From Octopus sinensis (taxonomy: Eukaryota), in NCBI RefSeq assembly GCF_006345805.1, contig NW_021836790.1, positions 1 through 22,814 of the forward strand: 22,814 bases of DNA, given 5' to 3'. Below, piece by piece: positions 1-10,065 of this stretch. Each line of letters starts with the position of its first letter. Position 1 is the stretch's first letter. The position numbers were made by a program, and so were the translations under genes. The notes beneath the pieces are model-generated. The model made no database searches. It had not been told where the DNA came from and saw nothing but the letters and a program-made list of their open reading frames with translations.

Positions 1-250
1 TTGTTGTGTTGTTGTTGTTGTGTTGTTGTTGTTCTTGTGTTCTTGTTCTTCTTGTTCTTCTTCTTCTTCTTCTTCTTCTTCTTCTTCTCTTCTTCTTCTT
101 CTTCTTTTTCATTCTTCTTCTTCTTCTTCTTCTTCTTTTCTTCGTTCTTCTTCTTTTCTTCTTCTTCTTCTTTCTCTTTTCTGTTGCTGCTGTTGTTGAT
201 ATTGTTTTTTGGTTCTTTTTCTCTTCTCTTCATATTTCGTTCTTGTCTTC
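1..250. repeat. Compound trinucleotide microsatellite (TTG)n then (TTC)n
   Basis: Directly visible; explains the poly-F/L/S ORFs at 1-311. Confidence 0.97.
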
Positions 251-311
251 TCTTCTCTTCTCTCAACAAATCATTGCGTTCGTGATTGCTAAGCAATGTT
301 TTCAGCAATAA

Positions 312-312
312 A

Positions 313-360
<48 letters not shown>

Positions 361-682
361 TACATGCATACATACATTCATAGACACATACACACACACA
401 CATATATATATATACTTACACATATCAGCACGCACACACACATACACACACACTCACATATATAGACATATATATATATATATATATATATGTACATATA
501 CGTACACACTCATACACAAATTATATATGAATATATGTGTATATATATATATGCATATACATACATACACATACATACATACACACACATATATATATAT
601 ATATATGAATCTATAAATATATATATCTATTTATACACACATACAAACATACGTACATATATATGCTAAACACACACACACA
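312..682. repeat. Compound (CA)n/(TA)n/(TACA)n microsatellite
   Basis: Directly visible. Confidence 0.97.
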
Positions 683-1007
683 CATATATATATCCCCTAA
701 TTATCTAAAACAGCGAAGATTTAGGAATATTTTTCGTGCTCAACAACCCCTACCCAATCCCTTAAATAGAATGAAAAAAAAAATTTTCAGTTTTTAAAAC
801 AAACAACATAGATATTCAATAATATCGATTTTTCAATCGGACGTGGATAGTTAGAAGGTGGGTGGAGCATCCAACCAAATGCCTCGCGTTTTTTTGTGAT
901 AAAAAAAACTTTACATTCTCATCAATGCCAATCCAGTTGGGGGGGGGGAGGTTCTTTGTTTTCTACTCTTTCAGCCATTGATAAAATAAAGTCCCTGGTG
1001 AAGTGCG

Positions 1008-1278
1008 AGACGCAGGCGTGGCTGTTTGGTGAGTAGTAAGTTCCCAAACTACACGGTTTCGGCTTCTCTCGCCATGCGTGGCACCTTGAGCGAGTTGGAT
1101 AGTGTCTCTACTATATATACACATATCTACACGCACACACACATACACATTCACATTCACACACGCATGTATATATATGTTATATAATATATATATACAA
1201 TATGCATACTGGGGTCGATCTAATCGACTGGCCACCTCCCCCAAAATTAAGGGCCTTGTGCCTAGAATAGAAAAAAAT
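1008..1278 (+). mobile_element. Composite tRNA-derived SINE: head H1, internal microsatellite, tail ending ...GGGCCTTGTGCCTAGAATAGAAAAAA
   Basis: 1008-1115 matches the head at 13267(-), 19851 and 21621 (GCAGGCGTGGCTGT..TGG...GCGTGGCACCTTGAGCGAG). 1205-1225 carries TACTGGGGTCGATCTAATCGAC, shared with the SINEs at 6507, 14693 and 20946. Confidence 0.75.
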
Positions 1279-1305
1279 ATATATACAATATAATATATAT
1301 AATAA

Positions 1306-1702
1306 CTAGCAGTATCGCCCGGCGTTGCTCGGGTTTGTAAGGGAAATAGCTATATAAGCATTTTTAGAGAGTTATAGCCAAAAAATAGCAAAAAAATGCA
1401 TTAAAAATGGAAAAAAAATGATGGTAGATTTTTTTTAAATCGTTGACTCATCGTAGAAATTTGTAGAGAGTTACTTCCATTATATAATAGAGAAAAAAAT
1501 GCATTAAAATGGAAAAAATGATGGTAATCTTTTTTTTAAATCGTAGACTCATCGTAGACGCGCGCTAATACCCAGAAGGGCTCGATATGAATCACGACTA
1601 TAAGATACCCGGTTTTGGTTAAACTGCACCGCAAAATGTGGGAGTAGTTAGGAATCTAAATCGTAGGAGACAGACACACAACCTTACTTTTATATATAAA
1701 GA
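1306..1702 (-). mobile_element. Non-autonomous Helitron, copy 1 (397 bp)
   Basis: The minus strand starts A^TCTTTATATATAAAAG and ends with a GC-rich hairpin CCCGAGCAACGCCGGG, 8 nt, then CTAG^T. These are canonical Helitron termini and an A/T insertion site. Highly similar to 20095-20494. Confidence 0.85.
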
Positions 1703-1710
1703 TATATATA

Positions 1711-1770
1711 ATTGTTTGTTTGTATTCCACCTGCCTTCGTCTTTTGTTTATTTTCATAAAGCTTCCCGTT
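1711..1770 (+). mobile_element. 3' fragment of (TA)n-anchored repeat family E (putative PLE terminal repeat)
   Basis: TTGTTTGTTTGTATTCCACCTGCCTTCGTCTTTTG...TTCCC then (TA)n; matches the reverse complement of 22224-22285 and 19780-19840. Confidence 0.75.
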
Positions 1771-1921
1771 ATATATATATATATACATGTATACATACGT
1801 ACATACACACTCACAGACACACACACACATATATATATACATGTTATACAGGTATGTCTGATAAGCGCTAACGCACAATATGCTCGGACCTTGATTCACT
1901 CTGCTACTTCTGGTAAATATT

Positions 1922-2011
1922 CGCACTTCTAGCAACGTCCTTGACTGCATCTCCTGCTCTTTCTGTCCTTCTCTGTACATCGGTGAAACGGGATTCCGCT
2001 TGGCTGACCGG
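1922..2011 (+). pseudogene. GIY-YIG endonuclease fragment of a Penelope-like element
   Basis: Hand translation RTSSNVLDCISCSFCPSLYIGETGFRLADR fits the PLE endonuclease pattern SNVIYCIxCxxCxxxYIGETxRxLxDR. It is cut off at about 2011 by mariner-derived sequence. Confidence 0.8.
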
Positions 2012-2545
2012 TACTTTTAAGGTCACCTGATCGAAGTTTGAGCCGGATCACGCTATTTTTCTTTCTGGTTTTACTGTGTAAGCATGTCTTCAGAGGTGAA
2101 TTATTCAAACCCAAAAGAGTACCTTTCAATACATGGCTACCGATACACCTGCTCACCATCAGAGATGTACGTATTGTCAGCCTCAACTGGTTAAGGGTCA
2201 AGCAACTGACAAGAAAAGCCTATCTTTTACACCAAGATAACAGGTCCAATCAGAAGCCATGTGGTGCAATGTGCAGCAAAGAAGAATAAAGGGCAGCGAT
2301 CCGATATCTGTAGACGGGAGATTTGTCAGGTGCTGAAATTCATCGGAGGCTTTTTGCGAAATATTGGGACAATATAATACCGCGTAGAAGTGTGTATGAA
2401 TTACGAATGAATCAAGAAGTTCAAAAATGGTCGGAGAAGTGTGATGCACGGAGAAGGGGCAGAACGCCCGTCAACTTCCACCACTCACGAGAAGATTCAG
2501 CAAGCTCAAGAGATGGTGATGGTGAACCCGTCCACCAATACCATC
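2010..2545 (+). mobile_element. Mariner-type transposon fragment: 5' region plus decayed N-terminal HTH of transposase
   Basis: From about 2265, with stops and one frameshift: AMCSKEE*RAAIRYL*TGDLSGAEIHRRLFAKYWDNIIPRRSVYE / *IKKFKNGRRSVMHGEGAERPSTSTTHEKIQQAQEMVMVN. This resembles the mariner N-terminus CTKEEQRSVIRFL...AEIHRR...RRSVYEW...FKxGR...RPSTS. No DD34D domain. Confidence 0.85.
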
Positions 2546-2547
2546 TC

Positions 2548-2764
2548 CCGGATCACTGCGCTTCTTCTTCTTTGGTGTACATCGCTCGTAGAGCAGCCAT
2601 ACTTAGACTGTATAGCCAGAAGGAAAAATGGCGCGATCAGGCTCAAGCTTCGATCACGTGACCATGATAGTACCAACTATAAGCACGCATGCGCAGAAGG
2701 CAATGAGACTACAATAATGATATCGTATGGCGAAAGTGCGGATAAATTTTGACTTCCCCTCGGA
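2548..2764 (-). mobile_element. Inverted mariner left end: TIR, 5' UTR and first codons of transposase
   Basis: The minus strand begins CGAGGGGAAGTCAAAATTTATCCGCA (mariner-like TIR, beside TA-rich sequence). ATG at 2600 gives MAALRAMYTKEE, then frameshifted RAVIR. 2598-2663 is an inverted copy of 2021-2085. Confidence 0.75.
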
Positions 2765-2802
2765 TATATATGTGTGTGTGTCTATGTGTGTGTATATATC
2801 TA

Positions 2803-2835
<33 letters not shown>

Positions 2836-2864
2836 ATATATGTACTTATATATATATATATATA

Positions 2865-3005
2865 AAAAGGAAATGAAGAAAATGCTGACAAAATAATTTA
2901 AGTAAGGGAGAGTGTATTTAATTAGGTGAAAGTTCTTTTTACCGGTTGCGCATTTGTTATGCTTATCAAAAGATATTTTGAGTGAGGTAGAGTTCCTTCT
3001 CTTAT
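2865..3005 (-). mobile_element. Short repeat flanked by (TA)n on both sides, containing a hammerhead-like motif
   Basis: About 140 bp non-simple island between two (TA)n tracts; the minus strand ends in pyrimidine-rich ...TTCTTCATTTCCTTT running into (TA)n. Confidence 0.5.
2933..2974 (-). ncRNA. Degenerate minimal type-I hammerhead ribozyme motif
   Basis: Minus strand: TCTT-TTGATAA-GCAT aacaa ATGC-GCAA-CCG-GTA-AAAAG. This gives a near-CUGAUGA core, a perfect 4-bp helix II, near-GAAA, a palindromic ACCGGT helix III, a GUA site and a T/A helix I. Three core mismatches. Confidence 0.45.
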
Positions 3006-3031
3006 ATCTATATATATATATATATATATAT

Positions 3032-3088
<57 letters not shown>

Positions 3089-3209
3089 CATAGATACATA
3101 GATACATAGATGCAAAGATACATATATACATACATATATATATATATATATAATATATAATATATATATAAGAATGACTCTCAAATTCGTAAAGCGTTTC
3201 ATATTTTTA

Positions 3210-3265
3210 TTCAAGGTGGTGCCCCGGTATGGCATCAGTCCAAAGACTGAAAAAAGTAAAATATA
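3210..3265 (+). mobile_element. SINE tail T2 fragment
   Basis: TTCAAGGTGGTGCCCCGGTATGGC..AGTCCAAAGACTGAAAAAAGTAAAA matches the ends of 3401-3615 and 12890-13267(-). Confidence 0.7.
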
Positions 3266-3400
3266 AAATATATATATATATATAGGTTGAAAATATGTGG
3301 AAAAATATAAAAAGTGGAAGAGAAATGCCTTCGTTTGATATAGTTTAATATCTTTTTATAAATATATACATATTATATGGATGTCGTGAAATCCAGGCGG

Positions 3401-3615
3401 TGTGTATTTCCCCACCTCACTGTTTGAAAAACCGGTACTGGTTTGTATATGTCCCTATAATTTAGCTGTTCGGCAAAAGAGTCTTGCAGAATAAGCACCT
3501 CACTTTCAAAGAAATATTAGGTATTGGGGTCGATTAGCTCGACTAAACTTTTCAAGGTAGTACTCCAATATGGCCACAATCCAATGATTGAAACGTAAAA
3601 AAAAAACTAAAAAAA
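3401..3615 (+). mobile_element. SINE 3' half (tail T2), head missing
   Basis: TTCGGCAAAAGAG...GAATAAG...TGGGGTCGATTAGCTCGACTAA...TACTCCAATATGGCCAC...A-rich end; aligns to the reverse complement of 12890-13045. Confidence 0.8.
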
Positions 3616-3654
3616 AACAATAAGCACAATAATAAACAACAGCAACAACAATTG

Positions 3655-3968
3655 GTACTCCGTCGGTTGCGACGACAGGGTTCCAGTTGATCCGATCAAC
3701 GGAACGACCTGCTCGTGAAATAAACGAGCAAGAGAATCGATCCCTGCACTCCACAGACACGTGTACCCATAATGCAGCTCTCAGCGAGATTCAGCATGAC
3801 ACGGAATGTGACATGTCTGGCCATTTGAAATTACCGGGAAAACTCACTTTTTTGTCAACTGAACGCGAAATAAAGTGTCTTGCTCAAGGACACAACACAA
3901 CGTACCACCGGGAATCGAACGCACAAGCTTTCGATCGTGAACCGGATACACTAACCACTCGACCACGC
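3655..3968 (-). mobile_element. tRNA-derived SINE (head H3, tail T3)
   Basis: Minus-strand head GCGTGGTCGAGTGGTTAG (A box) ... GTTCGATTCC (B box) ... TGTGTCCTTGAGCAAGACACT (CORE-like). 3655-3840 is homologous to 14050-14225. Confidence 0.85.
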
Positions 3969-3989
3969 TCATTGACTGCAATAGCAAGA

Positions 3990-4480
3990 AATTTAAACAC
4001 CACCATCAACAACAACACGAACAACACCAGCACCAGCACCACCGTTACCACAACAGCAACAACAACGATAGCAAAATATATAAATACAAATATCACCACA
4101 ATAACAGCTACAAACACACACAACAACAAATATATAAGGACTTTATAAAAACAACCACTCCATCGACAACATCAGCAAAAACTGTCAGCAGCCACGACAA
4201 TTTAACAAAAACGAGATCATTTACAAACGCAACCACGACGAAAAACATTATAAACATAAAGACTTGAACAACAACACTTATAAGCCGCCACCATCACCAC
4301 AAGAGATATAAACAGACAACCAGATAAAAAATTATATAAAACTACTGCAACTAGAAAAAAAGTAAACCAAGACAACAAAAGCAAACACTATACAAAACAC
4401 TACGAACGCAGCATCAACAAGAGCAATACACATAAACACATATATACATAGCAAAAAGAAGAGCTAAGAACATTACACTC
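3990..4480. repeat. Degenerate (AAC/ACA)n low-complexity tract
   Basis: A/C-rich decayed trinucleotide repeat; produces the T/N-rich ORF tail. Confidence 0.85.
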
Positions 4481-4554
4481 TTATTGAACAAGGGCCGCAA
4501 AAACAGACATACAACAAGATGTATAAAGACTAAGGCAAGACGGCGTCACAAATA

Positions 4555-5030
4555 TAAGCACATACATACATACATATATACATACATACATACATATATA
4601 CATACATAAATACATACATATATACATACATATATACATAGATACATACATGCATACATACATATATACATACAAACATACATATATATACATGCATACA
4701 TTATATATATATATATATACATACATACATATATGTATAAACAAAGAAATACCACCACACGCATACATACATTCATGCATACACGAATATACAAGAAATA
4801 TAATCACACATACATACACACATACATACATACACACATGCATACATACATACACACACATACATACATACACACATACATACATACACACACATACATA
4901 CAAAAACAATACATACACATACATACACATACATACATACATACATACATACAAACATACATACATACATACATACAAACACGCTTTACAAAAAGGATGA
5001 TCGCGCACATATACACACTCACACTCATAA
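4555..5030. repeat. (TACA)n/(CA)n compound microsatellite
   Basis: Directly visible. Confidence 0.97.
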
Positions 5031-5329
5031 CAAGATGTGTTGACACTAACACAATAACAACGAACTCTCACCGCAATTAAGGTGTTTTCACTGCTGTGCT
5101 AACAAAATTATTTTGATAAGCTGTCAGCGGATTGACCCTGGACTATAAATTTAGTTAAATATACACCGGACATTTAGTCTCAACAAGGTGTGGAGACAAT
5201 TAAATTCATAACACTACATTAATAATACATGTTTTTTAGCGCTCACTATCTTGTTGATGTGAATTTATAATTTATATACGTATGTATGTACGGATGAACG
5301 TGGGTGTATGCATGTATGTGTGTGTCTGT

Positions 5330-5372
<43 letters not shown>

Positions 5373-5398
5373 TACACGTGAGCGTGTGCGTATGTGCC

Positions 5399-5500
5399 TT
5401 TTGTCTTGTACTTTTTCTGTCATTGGACTACGGCCATACTGGGGCATCGACCTGAAGGGTTCAGTCGGAAAAAAATCGATACACCGGTTGTCAAGTGGTA
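5399..5500 (-). mobile_element. SINE tail T2 fragment with internal deletion, between (TG)n and (CA)n tracts
   Basis: Minus strand: CTTGACAACCGGTGT|ATCGAT....CCGACTGAACCCTTCAGGTCGATGCCCCAGTATGGCCGTAGTCCAATGACAGAAAAAGTA. Confidence 0.7.
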
Positions 5501-5542
5501 ACGTATAGGCACAAGCGCACGCACACCACACACACACACATA

Positions 5543-5576
<34 letters not shown>

Positions 5577-5609
5577 ACTAAACACACAGTAATAATAATG
5601 ATAAAAATC

Positions 5610-5770
5610 ATCCATGGATGGAATTTATTAATATTTTAATGCATCGCTACGCGCGTTTCCATAATTAACACGTTTCTTAAGATCATAGACTGTATCCCTG
5701 GAATGATTACAATATTGTCCACATTCCTGGGATAAGTACAATCCATATATTTATAAATTCCATCCATTGG

Positions 5771-5772
<2 letters not shown>
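5610..5772. mobile_element. Candidate MITE, 163 bp, with ~25 bp terminal inverted repeats
   Basis: Left ATCCA-TGGATGGAATTTATTAATAT (5610-5634) versus reverse complement of the right end ATCCAATGGATGGAATTTATAAATAT (5747-5772): one indel, one mismatch. No clear TSD. Confidence 0.6.

Positions 5773-5832
<60 letters not shown>
5773..5832. repeat. (ATT)n microsatellite; a second tract lies at about 5990-6075
   Basis: Directly visible. Confidence 0.97.
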
Positions 5833-5834
<2 letters not shown>

Positions 5835-6011
5835 CTTGTTTCTTCAAATTTTCTTCCGCTTCTCGCCGAGTGTTTTCCGTACACTTAGAGCAGAGAAGCT
5901 CATCGTATGCATTCCCAGATTACACACGCAAATTCACAGGGAAAATATGTATTTAAAAAAATTAATGAATAATTAAATGAATATTAATGAATTATAATTA
6001 TTATATTATTA

Positions 6012-6056
<45 letters not shown>

Positions 6057-6339
6057 CATTGTTATTATTATTACTCTATTTATCCTACATTATATCGGTG
6101 CATCTCGGTGCAACCCCCAAAATCTGTAATTGCCTGTTGGTATCATCAGGCTGTAGCTGGCATGATAAAATAGAAGCTTTTATATGCGTACTCAAAAACG
6201 TTTCCAAAGTTCACTTAGAAGTATTTCGAAGAATTCTAGAGTTTAGTAAAAGTCCATTGACCAGAATGAAGAATGACACATCTGTAATTGAGGATTACAT
6301 CATACGAATCAGAACACGCGTTTTTCTTACATACGCATT

Positions 6340-6810
6340 TTTGGATATAACCATGTTTTTCATTTGCGAATAAAGGATACTACTTCGTGAACCTGACAGT
6401 TATATTGGTCAGACACGTACAACACTTTTCCAGTGACTCACTATGCATATAAACAAGGAGCAACTGCAACACGCAGCTGCACACGCGATAAACTAGTTAG
6501 AAAAACCGGCGAGTTGACAGAAGCGTTAGCACGTCGGGCGAAATGCTTAGCTGTATTTCGCATACTGTTACGTTCTGAGTTCAAATTCCACCGAGGTCCA
6601 CTTTGCCTTTCATCCTTTCGGGGTCGATAAATTAAGTGCCAGTTGCGTACTGGGGTCGATGTAATCGATTTAATCCCTTTGTCTGTCCTTGTTTGTCCCC
6701 TCTATGTTTAGTCACCTGTGGGCAATAAAGAAATAAAATATTTCAGCTCTATATGAAATTCCCTACAAAATAGACGATTAATCATAGAAGCAATACTCGT
6801 ATCATAATAC
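6340..6810 (+). pseudogene. Decayed GIY-YIG endonuclease domain of a second Penelope-like element, split by a SINE
   Basis: SYIGQTRTTLFQ*LTMH (YIGQT at 6401-6415), then frameshifted KQGATAT.. and KLVRK. After the SINE come NISAL and RRLIIEAILV (6772-6801). This fits the PLE pattern YIGxTxTTLSxRLTMH..GAI..H...N..IL....RLxIxEAIxI. Confidence 0.7.
6507..6736 (+). mobile_element. tRNA-derived SINE (head H2, tail T1)
   Basis: GGCGAGTTGACAGAAGCGTTAGC (A box-like), GAGTTCAAATTCC (B box), TGGGGTCGATGTAATCGA and AATAAAGAAATAA end; near-identical to 14693-14927 and 20946-21180. Confidence 0.9.
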
Positions 6811-6999
6811 AATGCTAAAGTCACTGCATATCTCAAACAGCTCAAATACGTGACTGATGACGTGTAACAGCAAAAATTTCTACATCATGGTGTAGAATGT
6901 TAGCATTCAAATTCTGGCTGTGAAACGAAAGCTGGGCAGAAGCCAACACTACGTCATATCCTGAAAATCCGGCTGCGACAGCCTGGAAAAGCCAGTCAT

Positions 7000-7290
7000 A
7001 AATTTCCGAAGTTCCAAAATGTTTTCAAGCATCTTAAATAGAGATTCGAAGCATCCTAATAACATCGAACTCCTGGAGAAGGACTCACCGATAGTTTATG
7101 CCATGCCATGCCATCGCAGAACAAACGGGCTTCACCATCAATCTGGAGTGCGTAATAATTTTGTTCATACGTGATGTTCCTCTAATCTTGACAACAAAGC
7201 TCACACCAGAGCAGGACGTGTAGCTTCTCATGAAATTATGAGAGGAATATGATGTTGTAGTTTGAAGGATTATGCTTTGATATCCAAGTG
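7000..7290 (+). mobile_element. Possible heavily decayed mariner transposase fragment
   Basis: Frame-hopping peptides FPKFQN, ELLEKD, AIAEQTG, VP..LTPEQ and RVASHEIM occur in the order expected between the mariner HTH and the catalytic domain. Many stops; weak. Confidence 0.3.
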
Positions 7291-7534
7291 CAAGCATTAG
7301 ATAAGAAGTATGCACCGAGGAAAAGCGACAGTGAAGCGCTTAAACATTAAAAAACCAGTGCTAAAATATCGATTATGCCATATTCATGTGGAAGATATTA
7401 CACCATTTTCTCTAAAATGTCGTTTGGCTGCTATCTTTTAATGTGGCATAAAGTTGATATTAAAACAATATAAAATATACAACGTGATTAGAATGTAAAG
7501 ATTGCCCCGACATAACTATATAAAATATATGCCT

Positions 7535-7707
7535 GCTGTTAAATACACACACACGCACGCATGCGCAGGCACACCTAAACACCAACATCTACCCACATGT
7601 ACATACACACGCTCACACACATATGTATACCCACAAACACGTATATACACACACACATATATATGTATGTTTGCATGTATGTATATGTATATATTTCCAT
7701 GTCTATA

Positions 7708-7739
<32 letters not shown>

Positions 7740-7755
7740 AATGTGGTGTGTTGTG

Positions 7756-7797
<42 letters not shown>

Positions 7798-7982
7798 ATT
7801 ATATATATATATATTTATAATATGTATATATATATATATGTATGTATGTATGTATGTATATACATATATATATATATACATTTATATATATTATATATAT
7901 TATATAAATGTATGTATTTATATTTACACACACACAGCACACACACACCACACACACACCATACACACACACACACACACAC

Positions 7983-8033
<51 letters not shown>

Positions 8034-8060
8034 TTGTGTGTGTATGTATGTGTATCAACA
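7535..8060. repeat. Compound (CA)n/(TA)n/(TATG)n microsatellite
   Basis: Directly visible. Confidence 0.97.
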
Positions 8061-8329
8061 TATATGTTCTGGTGTGACAGTCTTCTAAAAAATTCCGCCA
8101 TGTGCCGGGTAAATATTATAGTAATGATAGAGCTTTGAGTTGCTTCGGAGTGAACAGAAATCATTTGTGTTTGCGACTGAAGTTCAACATCTGACGCTTC
8201 TTAACACTTCAGTGTCGTTATCTCAATTACACCAAGGATGGAGCTTATGGTTTTCCATTACCTTTTGGTAGAATACAGCTCAGAATTTCTTGGGAAAAAA
8301 GAAATAATGAATAAAGTATGCATAATAAT

Positions 8330-8362
<33 letters not shown>

Positions 8363-8448
8363 ATATAACCTGCTATAATGTAATACATGTCTTTGGTGTG
8401 GTAATTGTACGCGGCTGAAGAAGGATTTTGACCTACCTGTTATATCAA

Positions 8449-8601
8449 TATGCATTGATATAAATTGCTCAATAAAGCCAGAAACATATGTACCGCAAAA
8501 TCCTTTCCGTCCTGTTTTCTTTTGATATATATATATAATATATATATATAATATATATATATATACGCAGACATGCGCACGCACACAGAGACACACATAA
8601 C

Positions 8602-8642
<41 letters not shown>

Positions 8643-8980
8643 AAATTAAATAGGGTAGAATTTGATATTAATCAATTAAAACCAGTGGCCTAGCATATTT
8701 TAAAAAATCCGAAGATTAAAAATTGTTTTACTCATTTGTCTTGCATATTTTTACACTTTGTTTTTTTAGCTGAGTTTTTTTCCTTGAGAACACATTCTTC
8801 GTGGAAAATGGCGATTTTGACGTCTATATCTAGCGTATAGGCTGTCCACTTTTAGTGGTCAGGCGACTGGTTTTAATTGATTAATATCAATTTCTACCCT
8901 TATTTAATTTTACATATATATATGTTATATGTGTGTCTCTGTGTGCGTGCGCATGTCTTGCGTGTATATATATATATATA

Positions 8981-9019
<39 letters not shown>

Positions 9020-9096
9020 CAAAAGAAAAACAGGACGCAAAGGATTTTGCGGTACATATGTTTCTGGCTTTATTGAACAATTTATATCAATGCATA
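8449..9096. mobile_element. Foldback / long-TIR element, 648 bp: ~240 bp inverted arms around a 169 bp spacer
   Basis: Arm 8449-8691 is the reverse complement of arm 8861-9096, e.g. TATGCATTGATATAAATTGCTCAATAAAGCCAGAAACATATGTACCGCAAAATCC versus GGATTTTGCGGTACATATGTTTCTGGCTTTATTGAACAATTTATATCAATGCATA. Internal (TA)n tracts are mirrored. Confidence 0.85.
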
Positions 9097-9575
9097 ATAT
9101 ATATATATATTCATTCTTCTTTAACAAGAATAGTGTTGACAGAGATTTCGAAATTTCGTTCTACTTATCCTTCGTTCGAGGTTGGAACTCGAAGTCATTC
9201 TCCAACCTTATTCTCGTTAAGGAATAAGCATGCGCTCTACAAAAATATTCGGTAATCTTTCAGTTTAATGTAATATTGCTTTTATTATTGTTCAGCCTAA
9301 AACCAAACAGCATACGTACATGTATGTATGTGTATACACATACACACGTACACACAAACACACACACATTCACACTCACTCACGCATATACATTACATAT
9401 GCATACATCCAAACATATACAGATCAACCCATACTACATGTGTTTAAAAAGCTGGACAAGGAAAGCGCTTACACACAGAATATGAAAAGTCTTCATTCAA
9501 AAAGGTTCGTGTCGTCTTCTTTCTATAGGAATATTTTTAGAAAAAATCTTTCTTTTCATATGAATATATGTATAA

Positions 9576-9621
<46 letters not shown>

Positions 9622-9914
9622 TTTCTCTAGAGAGTGCACATGAACTTTATTAAGCAGCATGGTATTCACTCTCTTTATCCTATTTAAATAAACCCATTCC
9701 CACAACATTAATAAAATCGCAGTAGCACTAATGACATATTTGAAGGAATTCGAGAAATAAAGTCAGCCCCACCCCATGAGATATCTCTCAGCCCTAACCA
9801 CTAACCGAATTTTGACAGCCATACTTCTTGGCCTTTCAATAGAACTTTGCCACGCAACACAAGGAACAATATAATGCGTCCATAACGGTGATACAACTGC
9901 TGCTCCTGTTGTCA

Positions 9915-9926
9915 TTACTACTACTA

Positions 9927-9975
<49 letters not shown>
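9915..9975. repeat. (CTA)n microsatellite
   Basis: Directly visible. Confidence 0.97.
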
Positions 9976-9976
<1 letters not shown>

Positions 9977-10065
9977 ATGATGATGATGTTTCCTTTTACA
10001 GGTCACACGGAGGAAAATATCAAAGAACGGGATACAACACAAGACAAAGATATTAAAAAATAAAA

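Noticed and set aside
3900-3968. tRNA gene calls at SINE heads (also at 6507, 14431, 14693 and 21180)
   Set aside because: A and B boxes are present, but they continue into multi-copy SINE bodies and I see no full cloverleaf; these are tRNA-derived SINE heads.
6855-7000. CTGATGA at about 6855 and CTGAAAA-hairpin-GAAA at about 6961-6990 as hammerheads downstream of the GIY-YIG fragment
   Set aside because: The first has no paired helix II or GAAA. The second has a hairpin, but helices I and III do not pair around the GTC.
8205-8310. Possible small exon after CTTCAG (frames CRYLNYTKDGAYGFPLPFG or SLSQLHQGWSLWFSITFW)
   Set aside because: No convincing donor site and no recognisable homology; it cannot be told apart from random sequence.
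9629-9674. 8 bp inverted repeat AGAGAGTG/CACTCTCT
   Set aside because: Too short and low in complexity to exceed chance.
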